This document shows positions 15,581 through 24,403 of a stretch of DNA of 35,494 bases, one piece after another. The stretch covers positions 1 to 35,494 of the forward strand of contig JACQJI010000024.1 in assembly GCA_016198045.1 (NCBI GenBank), in the 5' to 3' direction. The notes under the pieces are model-generated. The model made no database searches. It was not told the origin of the DNA and saw nothing but the letters and a program-made list of their open reading frames with translations. Source of the stretch: Candidatus Doudnabacteria bacterium. Its GTDB lineage: Bacteria; Patescibacteriota; Doudnabacteria; UBA920; O2-02-FULL-48-8. The position numbers were made by a program, and so were the translations under genes. Numbering within the stretch: the stretch's first letter is position 1; the number at the start of each line of letters is the position of its first letter.

Positions 15581-16435
15581 ATGAGCAAGGCCATAATTGT
15601 TGACGGCAAAACGATTGCCGATCAGATTACCCAAGGCCTCAAACCGCGCGTAGAAAGTCTAAAAAAAAAGGGAATTACCCCAGCCTTGGCCGCCGTAATC
15701 GTGGGCAATGACCAGGCTTCCCATACATACGTTCGAAAAAAAAGTGAGACCGCACAACTTCTCGGGATCACTTTTTTTAAATTCGCTTATCCAGCTAGCG
15801 TAACAAAACAGGAGCTCATCGCCGAAATCGAAAAAATCCAAAGCGAAAACAAGCTTCACGGCCTGATAATCCAACTGCCGGTTCCCGAAGAGCTTTGGGC
15901 AGACACGAGGGAACTGGCTAATCACATCAAGATTGATATCGATGTGGATTGCTTGTCTCATTTGGCTTTGGGCCGGGTCATGATGAACGAAAGCCCGCTT
16001 ATCCCACCCACGCCCGGAGCGATATTGGATATTTTAAAGCACCACGAAGTGGACTTGAAAGGCATGGAAATTTGCTTGGTTGGCCGCGGCGCTCTGATTG
16101 GCAAGCCCTTGGCTGTCATACTTGCTAACTATCCCGTGACTCTGACTGTGTGCGGCCGCGCCACCAAAGACCTAGCTTCGCTTACCAAAAGAGCGGACAT
16201 AATCATCACCGGCGTCGGCAAAAAAGATTTGGTTACGGGGTCAATGGTCAAAAAAGGAGCCGTGGTGGTGGATGCCGGAGTGTGCTTTGTGGGCGGCAAA
16301 ATGTATGGGGATATCGAATTTAAAACGGTATCAGCGAAAGCATCATTGGTCACGCCAACTCCTGGCGGAGTGGGGCCGATTACTGTGGCCAACTTGCTGG
16401 CGAATACGGTGAAAGTAGCGGAAGGCTCTTTGTAG
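15581..16435 (+). CDS. folD: Bifunctional methylenetetrahydrofolate dehydrogenase/cyclohydrolase
   Basis: MSKAIIVDGKTIA...AVIVGNDQASHTYVRKK...PGGVGPITVANLL. Start moved to ATG 15581 because the 37-aa extension in the ORF track has no homology pattern. Confidence 0.93.
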   Translation: MSKAIIVDGKTIADQITQGLKPRVESLKKKGITPALAAVIVGNDQASHTYVRKKSETAQLLGITFFKFAYPASVTKQELIAEIEKIQSENKLHGLIIQLPVPEELWADTRELANHIKIDIDVDCLSHLALGRVMMNESPLIPPTPGAILDILKHHEVDLKGMEICLVGRGALIGKPLAVILANYPVTLTVCGRATKDLASLTKRADIIITGVGKKDLVTGSMVKKGAVVVDAGVCFVGGKMYGDIEFKTVSAKASLVTPTPGGVGPITVANLLANTVKVAEGSL

Positions 16436-16436
16436 T

Positions 16437-16530
16437 ATGCCGCTCGGGCAGCCGCTTTTCGGACACGGCCGATGGACGGCCTAAGAGGTCGACGCATGGA
16501 AGCGCCGACCAATTGTCCTCAAAGCGGCAT
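16437..16530 (+). promoter_or_regulatory. GC-rich structured element between folD and purL (candidate cis-regulatory RNA)
   Basis: Closing helix ATGCCGCT (16437-16444) / AGCGGCAT (16523-16530). Internal hairpins GGCCG-ATGGA-CGGCC (16467-16481) and GGTCGaCGC-ATGGAA-GCGcCGACC (16487-16510). Confidence 0.3.
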
Positions 16531-16568
16531 GCCCTCGCTCTTTCACCAGTCGGCGCAATCAAATCCTT

Positions 16569-18938
16569 ATGTCCCAAATGACTGCAACAACTTTAGAGCT
16601 CAAAAACCTAACTGATGCGCAAGCTTCGGCTTTGCTCAAAAAGTTTGGCATTGATTTAACCGTGGCTGAGGCGCGCAAGATTGAGCAGGAAATCTTGCGC
16701 CGGCCCATGACTTTGACTGAAGCTGTTTGCTGGGGCATTGAAGGATCGGAGCATTGTTCCTACAAATCCTCCAAAGTTCATTTGAAACAGTTGCCGACCG
16801 AAGCGCCCAATGTCATCCAAGGCCCGGAAGAAGACGCTGGAATTGTCGAAATTGCGCGGTACAATGGCGAAAGATACGGAATCATTTTTGGGCACGAAAC
16901 GCACAATCATCCTTCGCAAATCGTGCCTTACGAAGGCGCTGCCACGGGCGTCGGTGGCATGGTGCGGGATATTTGCTGCATGGGCGGCAAAGTTATCGCG
17001 ATTGCTGACCCGCTTCGATTTGGCGATATAAGTTTGAACCGTTCCAAATGGATTGCCGGCGGCGTGGTTTCCGGAATCGCCGGTTACGGTAATCCCATCG
17101 GCGTTCCCAACATTGCCGGCGATATTTATTTTAATTCTTCGTTTAATGAAAACTGTTTGGTCAATGTCGTGGCGCTGGGCTTGGTTAAAAAGTCGGGCAT
17201 TATTCATTCCAAAGCCCCAGTGGGTGCAGCTGAGCAGAATTTTAACCTTATTTTAGTAGGCAAGCCCACGGACAATTCTGGGTTTGGGGGAGCTAGCTTC
17301 GCTTCTTTTGAACTGGAGGCTGATGCCAAAGAGAAAAATAAAGGGGCGGTGCAGGAGCCGAATGCCTTTCTCAAAAGACACTTACTGGAATCAACCTTTC
17401 AGCTTTTTGGCATATTGAAAGAGAAAGGCTTGATCGAGCAAGTCGGATTCAAAGATATCGGCGGTGGCGGGTTACTTTGTGCCTCTGTGGAAATGGCTGC
17501 CGCGGCTGATTATGGCGCCGAAGTCGATCTGGCCAAGGTCCATGTCTCAATGGAAAATCTACCAGCACATATAGTTTTAGCCGCAGAAACGCAGGAAAGA
17601 TTCATGTGGGTGGCATCAAGTGAAGTCACGGATTTCATCTTGCATCACTACAACGAAACTTGGGCTCTGCCAAAAGTTTCCAAAGGTGCCAGGGCTTCCG
17701 TGGTCGGCAAGATCACGGTTGGCGGACAATACGTTGTAAAAGCAAAAAACGGTGAGGTTGTGGTTAATGCCAAGGCCAAGGATATAACTGAAGGACTGCG
17801 ATACGATCGACCGTATCAGGCTCCCAACATCAATTTTATTGAACCAAAATTAGAAGAGCCGGAAAATTACGGTGAAATTTTGCTCAAAATTTTGGCTCAT
17901 GAAAATGTAGCCGATCGCTCGTGTGTCTATGAACGTTATGACAAAACAGTGCAAGGCATTACCGTTTTGGAACCTGGGCAAGCCGACGCTGGGGTGATCA
18001 GGCCGTTGATTGACGAAGATGTGCCAAATGAAATCAAAAATGTCGGCGTGGCTTTATCCGTTGATAGCAACCCGTTTTACGGGCGCATCAGCCCATACTG
18101 GGGCGCTGCGAATGCCGTGGTTGAGGCGATGCGAAACGTGACGGCAGTAGGCGCTGTCCCTTGGGCATTTACGGACTGCCTTAATTACGGGAATCCAGAA
18201 AAGCCTGTCAAAATGTGGGAGTTGGTAGAAGGGATTAGAGGGGTATCAGATGCTTGCCGGCAAGTTGAATTAAAGGGTTATGCCGGCAGCCCTGTCCCGA
18301 TAGTTTCAGGCAACGTCAGCCTTTATAATGAATCTAAGTTGGGTAGTGTGGACCCATCCGCCATCATTGCCTGTCTGGGCCGTTTGGAAGATTATCGAAA
18401 GGCGATTACTTTAGAGTTCAAACAAACTGGCTCAGAAGTTTTTTTATTGGGAGACAGAAAGGACGAACTCGGCGGCAGTGTTTATTACCAACTGTTTAAT
18501 GAGCTTGGCGCCAATGTGCCAAAGCCCGATTTCAAGCAAGCGCGCGACCAAATTTACGCTGTCACAGACATGATTGATGCAGGGTTGCTGCTGGCATGCC
18601 ACGATATTTCCGAGGGCGGGCTTGCTGTAACTTTATCTGAGATGTGCTTTGGCGGAGATGGTAAAAATCGAATCGGCTTAGAGGTAGATTTAAGCAAAGT
18701 TGGCAAAGATTTACTCCCGTCGCGCAAACTTTTTTCCGAAACCGGCGGGTTTGTGTTCGAAACCAAGCAAAGTGGCCAAGCAAAGACAATTGCGAAAAAA
18801 TATGGCTTGGAATTGATTGGTCTTGGTAAGACAGATGGCAAAGATCTGGTCATTAAAGATGGCAAAGAAGTCGTTCGGTTGCCGGTATCAGAAATGTCCA
18901 AAGCTTGGCTTAATGGTTTGCGGGAGAAATTAGTATAA
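16569..18938 (+). CDS. purL: Phosphoribosylformylglycinamidine synthase subunit II (small PurL)
   Basis: 789 aa with GHETHNHPSQIVPYEGAATGVGGMVRDI and duplicated AIR-synthase-like domains. Confidence 0.93.
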   Translation: MSQMTATTLELKNLTDAQASALLKKFGIDLTVAEARKIEQEILRRPMTLTEAVCWGIEGSEHCSYKSSKVHLKQLPTEAPNVIQGPEEDAGIVEIARYNGERYGIIFGHETHNHPSQIVPYEGAATGVGGMVRDICCMGGKVIAIADPLRFGDISLNRSKWIAGGVVSGIAGYGNPIGVPNIAGDIYFNSSFNENCLVNVVALGLVKKSGIIHSKAPVGAAEQNFNLILVGKPTDNSGFGGASFASFELEADAKEKNKGAVQEPNAFLKRHLLESTFQLFGILKEKGLIEQVGFKDIGGGGLLCASVEMAAAADYGAEVDLAKVHVSMENLPAHIVLAAETQERFMWVASSEVTDFILHHYNETWALPKVSKGARASVVGKITVGGQYVVKAKNGEVVVNAKAKDITEGLRYDRPYQAPNINFIEPKLEEPENYGEILLKILAHENVADRSCVYERYDKTVQGITVLEPGQADAGVIRPLIDEDVPNEIKNVGVALSVDSNPFYGRISPYWGAANAVVEAMRNVTAVGAVPWAFTDCLNYGNPEKPVKMWELVEGIRGVSDACRQVELKGYAGSPVPIVSGNVSLYNESKLGSVDPSAIIACLGRLEDYRKAITLEFKQTGSEVFLLGDRKDELGGSVYYQLFNELGANVPKPDFKQARDQIYAVTDMIDAGLLLACHDISEGGLAVTLSEMCFGGDGKNRIGLEVDLSKVGKDLLPSRKLFSETGGFVFETKQSGQAKTIAKKYGLELIGLGKTDGKDLVIKDGKEVVRLPVSEMSKAWLNGLREKLV

Positions 18939-18939
18939 T

Positions 18940-19941
18940 ATGAGCTTAACTTATAAACAATCTGGCGTGGATATAGATGCGGATTCGGAATCAGTTCGCA
19001 GGATCAAAGACGGCGTCAAGACGACTCACGATAGCAATGTCTTGGCTGGGCTGGGGAGCTTCGGAGCGCTTTATGATTTGTCGCTGATTAAAAATTACAA
19101 ACAGCCAATACTCGTCCAGAGCATTGACGGCGTGGGCACCAAAGTCAAAATTGCTTTCCTAATGGGCAAATATTCAGGCTTGGGCGAAGACATAGTCAAC
19201 CATAGCTGCAATGACATTGTCTGCCAGGGGGCCAAGCCTTTGACCTTTCTTGATTACATCGCGTCTTTCAAAACAGAGCCGAAGATTATCGAAGAGATTG
19301 TTTCCGGAATGGTTAAGGCTTGCAAAGAAGCGGGAGTCAGCCTGATTGGCGGCGAGACCGCGGAAATGTCCACAGTGTACGCGCCGAATGAGCGCGACAT
19401 TGCCGGCTGCATCACAGGAATTGTGGAAAAAGATGAAATTATAACCGGCAAAGACATAAAAGTCGGGGACATTGCTTTGGGACTCCAATCATCCGGACTG
19501 CATACGAATGGTTTTAGTTTGGTCCGGAAAATATTTTCTGATGAAGATTTGAAAGGCGATTTGGGGGAAGAAGCTTTGAAGCCCCATAAGAATTATTCAA
19601 AAAACATCCTGAAAGTTTTGGAGCAACACCAGATCAAAGGAATAGCCCATATCACTGGTGGCGGATTGATTGAAAACCCGCCGCGGATTTTGCCGGAAGG
19701 TATGGCATTGGAAATCCGGAAAGATTCCTGGGAAATTTTGCCGATTTTTAAAAAGATTCAGTCGCTCGGCGACATCGATGAAAATGAAATGTACCGAGTG
19801 TTTAACATGGGAATTGGCATGATTTTGGTGGTGAGCCCAAATGAAGGTCAGAAGATTAAAACATTGCTAGAATTTCTAGGTGAGAAGGTTTTTGAGATAG
19901 GAAAGGTAGTAAGGGGTAACAAAGAAGTAATCTTATCGTAA
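18940..19941 (+). CDS. purM: Phosphoribosylaminoimidazole (AIR) synthetase
   Basis: YKQSGVDID...GLGSFGALYDL...SIDGVGTKVKIA motifs. Confidence 0.95.
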   Translation: MSLTYKQSGVDIDADSESVRRIKDGVKTTHDSNVLAGLGSFGALYDLSLIKNYKQPILVQSIDGVGTKVKIAFLMGKYSGLGEDIVNHSCNDIVCQGAKPLTFLDYIASFKTEPKIIEEIVSGMVKACKEAGVSLIGGETAEMSTVYAPNERDIAGCITGIVEKDEIITGKDIKVGDIALGLQSSGLHTNGFSLVRKIFSDEDLKGDLGEEALKPHKNYSKNILKVLEQHQIKGIAHITGGGLIENPPRILPEGMALEIRKDSWEILPIFKKIQSLGDIDENEMYRVFNMGIGMILVVSPNEGQKIKTLLEFLGEKVFEIGKVVRGNKEVILS

Positions 19942-19951
19942 GTATATATCT

Positions 19952-20012
19952 CGCAACCCTGAACTTGATTCAGGGTCTCAGCCTGAGATGCTGAATTAAA
20001 TTCAGCATTGCG
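19952..20012. other. Three adjacent palindromes closed by a short helix (purM-purQ spacer)
   Basis: ACCCTGAA-N5-TTCAGGGT (19956-19976), TCTCA-GCC-TGAGA (19976-19988) and ATGCTGAATT-A-AATTCAGCAT (19988-20008), closed by CGCAA/TTGCG (19952-19956 / 20008-20012). Confidence 0.45.
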
Positions 20013-20031
20013 TTGCACAAGAATGTCTTAC

Positions 20032-21228
20032 ATGAAAAAAATCGCGGTTATACAATTTCCGGGAATAAATTGCGAATACGAAGGGCGGCGGGCATTGCGC
20101 TCGGCCGGGCTTGCCGCAGAATTTTTCCGGTGGAACCAAGACGCTTCAGAGCTTAAGAATTACGACGCTTTTTATATTCCCGGCGGTTTTTCTTATGAGG
20201 ACCGCATCCGGTCCGGCGCGATAGCGGCCAGAGACCCAATTATGGATGCCATAAAACTTGAGGCAGCCAAAGGCAAGCCGGTCTTGGGCATTTGTAACGG
20301 GGCGCAGATTTTGGTGGAAGCCGGCTTGATTCCAGGCCTAGATCAAAACCGTTTGGGGGCGAGTCTTGCGGCAAATAATAGAGGGTATCTGAATATCTGG
20401 GTCAGTATTAGGAACGAGTCAGAGCCCGGACGAACTGTATTTAACAATTTTCCCAAAGGCCACGAAATACGATTACCCATCGCTCATGGCGAAGGTAGGT
20501 TTGTGATCCCCCAAAATCTCCTTGATCAGCTAATCGCCAACGGTCAAACGGTTTTTCGCTATCTAGTCAATCCCAATGGCGCGGTTTATAACTTAGCAGG
20601 AGTGTCAAATCCAGAGGGCAATGTTTTGGCCTTGATGCCGCATCCGGAAAGAACCAAGGATGGCCAAGTAATTTTTGAATCCCTCAAAGGGTATTTGGAA
20701 GGAAAATTTACTTTGAAACCAGGCCCAAACCTAAGCTTCCAACCTCAAAAACAAAACCTGGAAAAATTTGCGGCGGGTAATAACTCCTTTGAAATGCTGG
20801 TTGACCTGATTATCACTGACAACGAAGCGGAAAGCCTGCAAACCACCTTGGAGCAGTCTGGACTTCGCGGCTTAAAGGTCAAACGGTTCACTCATTGGGA
20901 GTTAGGAATCGATGACCGGAGAAATTTTGAAAAATTGAGCAGGGAGCTTATTGCTTCGGGTGAGATTCTGAATACCAATAAGGAAACTGCGTACTTGGAC
21001 CGTTCTAGGTTATTTGATAACACCAAAACGATTCTGGTCCGCGATAATGAGGATTTTATTGGCCAGGGTAAATTGGCGGTGATTAACCATCGTCTGGGGA
21101 TTAACGAAATCAATTCCGTTAAACGCGGCGTTGTTTGGCAGATCAATGCCAGCGATGCAGATTGGGATAAAATTTTGCAGAGTAATATATTATTTAACCC
21201 GTATTCGCAAACCGGATACTTATTTTGA
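20032..21228 (+). CDS. purQ: FGAM synthase glutaminase PurQ fused to a tandem PurS-like C-terminal region
   Basis: N-terminal ~225 aa has KIAVIQFPGINCE, the GICNGAQ nucleophile and HPER. C-terminal ~150 aa (from ~20785) has two PurS-like repeats (e.g. DFIGQGKLAVINHRLGINEINSVKRGVVWQI). Start is 20032 (MKKIAV) or 20023. Confidence 0.85.
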   Translation: MKKIAVIQFPGINCEYEGRRALRSAGLAAEFFRWNQDASELKNYDAFYIPGGFSYEDRIRSGAIAARDPIMDAIKLEAAKGKPVLGICNGAQILVEAGLIPGLDQNRLGASLAANNRGYLNIWVSIRNESEPGRTVFNNFPKGHEIRLPIAHGEGRFVIPQNLLDQLIANGQTVFRYLVNPNGAVYNLAGVSNPEGNVLALMPHPERTKDGQVIFESLKGYLEGKFTLKPGPNLSFQPQKQNLEKFAAGNNSFEMLVDLIITDNEAESLQTTLEQSGLRGLKVKRFTHWELGIDDRRNFEKLSRELIASGEILNTNKETAYLDRSRLFDNTKTILVRDNEDFIGQGKLAVINHRLGINEINSVKRGVVWQINASDADWDKILQSNILFNPYSQTGYLF

Positions 21229-22202
21229 TGCCAGTACCTAAAGAATTTATTTTACAAAATATCAATAACGTCCTGACGGAAACCGATTTCCCGGGATTGG
21301 GTGAGAAAAAAGTGGGTAAGGTTCGCGATACTTATTTTTCCAAGGATAAAATAGTTTTAATCACCACAGATCGCCAAAGCGCTTTTGACCGGATTCTTGC
21401 GGCAATACCATTCAAAGGCCAGGTTTTAAATCAGGTCAGTGAGTGGTGGTTTAAAAAAACTTCAGACATCGTACCCAACCACGTTATCTCCGTTCCTGAC
21501 CCAAACGTTTTAGTGGCTCGGAAGTGCGAAATTTTTCCGTTTGAAGTGGTTCCTAGAGCGTTTCTGACTGGCACGACTTCAACTTCCGTTTGGGTCAATT
21601 ACCAGAAGGGCCAGCGCGAATTCGGCGGGCTTACTTTGCCCCATGGGTTGAAAAAAAACACCAAACTGGAAAGGACGATTTTGACCCCATCGACCAAACA
21701 TGAACAGCACGACCGCAACCTGACCGCCGAACAAATTGTCAGCGAAGGATTTGCCACCCAAAAGGACTGGGACAAAATTGCTGACGCCTCGCTCAAGCTT
21801 TTTGCCTTCGGGCAGAGAGAAGCCGCCAAAAACAATTTGATCTTGGTCGATACTAAGTACGAGTTTGGCAAAACGGCTGAGGGCGAGATTATATTGGTGG
21901 ATGAAATCCACACTCCTGACTCGTCCCGTTATTGGCTGGCGGATAGTTTCGAGCAACGGATCAGAGAAGGAAAAGAGCCGGAAAATATCGATAAGGAATT
22001 TTTGAGGCTTTGGTTTGCCGAGCATTGCGATCCATACAAAGACAAGGTTCTGCCGGAAGCACCCAAAGAATTGGTCGCAGAGTTATCACACCGCTATATT
22101 ATGCTTTATGAAATGATTACTGGGCAGGAATTTCGGATCGACTCAATGCCTATTAAGGAGCGGTTAAGAAAGAATTTAACCAAAGCCCAATTATTGGTAT
22201 AA
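21225..22202 (+). CDS. purC: SAICAR synthetase (long form)
   Basis: GKVRDTYF...LITTDRQSAFDRILA...LVDTKYEFG motifs. ATGA overlap with purQ. Confidence 0.93.
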   Translation: MMPVPKEFILQNINNVLTETDFPGLGEKKVGKVRDTYFSKDKIVLITTDRQSAFDRILAAIPFKGQVLNQVSEWWFKKTSDIVPNHVISVPDPNVLVARKCEIFPFEVVPRAFLTGTTSTSVWVNYQKGQREFGGLTLPHGLKKNTKLERTILTPSTKHEQHDRNLTAEQIVSEGFATQKDWDKIADASLKLFAFGQREAAKNNLILVDTKYEFGKTAEGEIILVDEIHTPDSSRYWLADSFEQRIREGKEPENIDKEFLRLWFAEHCDPYKDKVLPEAPKELVAELSHRYIMLYEMITGQEFRIDSMPIKERLRKNLTKAQLLV

Positions 22203-22209
22203 TGCCTTT

Positions 22210-22731
22210 ATGAATAGTTCGCAAGTGGCAATCATTATGGGTTCGGATTCGGATTTGGAAGTCATGTCCGAAGCCGCCAAGGTTTTAGAGGAATTTGGCG
22301 TCAGCTACGAAATGACTGTGGCGTCAGCTCACCGCGCGCCCAATCTAGTACATGAGCATGTCAGCCGCTGGAACACTGCCGGAGTCAAAGTCATTATTGC
22401 CGGGGCGGGCGGGGCATTTCACCTCGCTGGCGTCGTTGCCTCACTAAGCCCGCTCCCGGTGGTTGCGGTGCCGATAAAAACAAAAGCTTTAAACGGACTC
22501 GATTCTCTGCTCGCTACGGTCAATATGCCGCCGGGCGTGCCGGTGGCGGTGGTGGGCATCAATGCCGCGAAAAACGCGGGGCTGCTGGCGGTTGAGATTG
22601 TTGCGACTTCTGATGAAAATTTGCGGACCAAATTGCTGGCATACAAAATTAAGCTGGAGAGCGACAATAAATCCAAAGGCGAAAAACTTTCCAAACATGG
22701 ATACAAAAAATATCTAGGAAATTCCCAATGA
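22210..22731 (+). CDS. purE: PurE, class I-like N5-CAIR mutase
   Basis: VAIIMGSDSD, SAHRAP and AGAGGAFHLAGVVAS. The last resembles class I AGGAAHLPG rather than class II AGRSNGLGP. Confidence 0.9.
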   Translation: MNSSQVAIIMGSDSDLEVMSEAAKVLEEFGVSYEMTVASAHRAPNLVHEHVSRWNTAGVKVIIAGAGGAFHLAGVVASLSPLPVVAVPIKTKALNGLDSLLATVNMPPGVPVAVVGINAAKNAGLLAVEIVATSDENLRTKLLAYKIKLESDNKSKGEKLSKHGYKKYLGNSQ

Positions 22732-24086
22732 CGTTGAATTCTATTTCACCTTTAGAAGGACGGTACAAAGCAGAGATAACAGAACTAGCTCTGATTTTCA
22801 GCGAAGAAAGATTGATGGCCAAAAGGCTGGAAGTTGAGATCGAATATCTTATCGCCCTAAGTTTGAAAGCCCAACTCCCGGAGTTGCGCAAGTTTACCGC
22901 TGTTCAAGTAAAAAAATTGCGCAGCATTTACAAAAATTTTTCTCCCAAGGACGCAGAAGAAGTCAAGAAAATAGAAAAAACTACGGATCATGACATCAAA
23001 GCTTTGGAGTATTTCGTCAAGCAACGGTTGAAAAAAATTGGGTTGCAAGCGGAGTCTGAGTTTTACCATTTCGCCCTTACCAGTGAAGACGTTAATAATT
23101 TAGCTTACAGCTTGCAGCTGAGAGAAGGAGTAAAAATTTATGGCAAGGCTGTTGAGAAATTGCTAAGTCAATTGAAAAAATTGGCCGTGGAGAACAAAGA
23201 TATCGCTCTACTTGGCCGAACGCATGGCCAGCCGGCCACCCCGACTACCGTTGGCAAAGAACTGGCGGTTTTTTATTTCCGCCTCAAGACTGCCCTGCAA
23301 GCGCTATCAAGCGTTAGATTAACCGCCAAATTTTCCGGGGCCACTGGCAACTGGAATGCCCATGTCATTGCTTACCGAAATGTCGATTGGGTCAAGTTTA
23401 GCAGAAATTTCGTTCAGCAATTCGGTTTTGAGTTTAATCCTTTAACCACCCAGATCGAGCCTCACGACAAGCTGGCCGAAGTTTACCAGACGATTGTGAG
23501 GATCAATAACATCATTAAAGATTTGGACATCGATCTTTGGCTGTACATCAGCCGCGGCGTCTTTGGCCTAAAAAAATTGGCGGCCGCAGTCGGTTCGTCC
23601 ACCATGCCGCACAAAGTCAATCCGATTAAGTTTGAAAACAGCGAAGGCAATGTCGGGATCAGCAACAGCCTTTTGGTTTTTTTAGCCGACAAATTGCCAC
23701 TTTCGCGCATGCAGCGCGATCTTTCGGACAGCACAGTGCTAAGAAACCAAGGAGTGGCCCTGGCCTACGCTTTGCTGGCTCTGAAAAATACGCTTAAGGG
23801 ATTATCGAGACTGCAAGTCAACAAGCAATACTGCGAACAGGAACTAAACCAACATTGGGAAGTGCTGGCTGAACCAATCCAAGTCTTTCTGCGAAAAATA
23901 GGGTACCACAAGCCTTATGAAAAACTAAAGCAACTGACCCGCGGACATACAGTAACCAGAGAAGCGCTGCACAGTTTTATCAGAGGCTTGAAGATCAAAG
24001 AGGAAGACAAAAAGCTGTTGCTTGGTTTGACGCCGCAAAACTACACCGGACTCGCAAGTAAATTAGTGACAGAATTCTTAAAGTAA
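22728..24086 (+). CDS. purB: Adenylosuccinate lyase
   Basis: Signature GSSTMPHKVNPIKFEN. 452 aa. ATGA overlap with purE. Confidence 0.93.
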   Translation: MTLNSISPLEGRYKAEITELALIFSEERLMAKRLEVEIEYLIALSLKAQLPELRKFTAVQVKKLRSIYKNFSPKDAEEVKKIEKTTDHDIKALEYFVKQRLKKIGLQAESEFYHFALTSEDVNNLAYSLQLREGVKIYGKAVEKLLSQLKKLAVENKDIALLGRTHGQPATPTTVGKELAVFYFRLKTALQALSSVRLTAKFSGATGNWNAHVIAYRNVDWVKFSRNFVQQFGFEFNPLTTQIEPHDKLAEVYQTIVRINNIIKDLDIDLWLYISRGVFGLKKLAAAVGSSTMPHKVNPIKFENSEGNVGISNSLLVFLADKLPLSRMQRDLSDSTVLRNQGVALAYALLALKNTLKGLSRLQVNKQYCEQELNQHWEVLAEPIQVFLRKIGYHKPYEKLKQLTRGHTVTREALHSFIRGLKIKEEDKKLLLGLTPQNYTGLASKLVTEFLK

Positions 24087-24088
24087 TT

Positions 24089-24394
24089 ATGCCCAGTAAT
24101 ACAACTTTCGGCGTGTTCTTCTACGTTTATGTTTTAGAAAGCCTAAAAGACGGGGATAGATATATAGGCTACACTGGTCGTTTAAAAAAACGGGTAGAAG
24201 AACACGAAAAAGGACTAAGTTTTGCGACAAAATTTAGATTGCCGTTTAAACTGATTTATTTTGAAGGCTGCACTAATCAGCAAGACGCAAGACGCCGTGA
24301 AGATTATTTGAAAACAACCCAGGGGCGTCGATTCCTGGGATTAAGATTAAAAGAATACAAGCGTGAGACGGCGCTTGCGTCTTCCGAAAGTTGA
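24089..24394 (+). CDS. Stand-alone GIY-YIG nuclease domain protein (UPF0213/YhbQ-like)
   Basis: FFYVYVLES...DRYIGYTGRLKKRVEEHEKG...LIYFEGC...ARRREDYLKT pattern. Wedged 2 nt after purB and 9 nt before purF. Confidence 0.85.
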   Translation: MPSNTTFGVFFYVYVLESLKDGDRYIGYTGRLKKRVEEHEKGLSFATKFRLPFKLIYFEGCTNQQDARRREDYLKTTQGRRFLGLRLKEYKRETALASSES

Positions 24395-24403
24395 TATACT
24401 GGG

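Noticed and set aside
16437-16568. Assignment of the folD-purL structured spacer to a known purine-related riboswitch (guanine/adenine, ZTP/pfl, PRPP/ykkC-2).
   Set aside because: The conserved cores I recall are absent (for example CCGCCUGGGC for ZTP, and CUAGGG...GGUCCGAGAG...GGGA..AAAGCCCGGGAGA for ykkC). It is kept only as an unclassified candidate.
24089-24394. The GIY-YIG gene as a homing endonuclease within a group I intron or intein.
   Set aside because: It lies cleanly between two complete genes with its own start and stop. No intron-like flanks are visible, and neither purB nor purF is interrupted.
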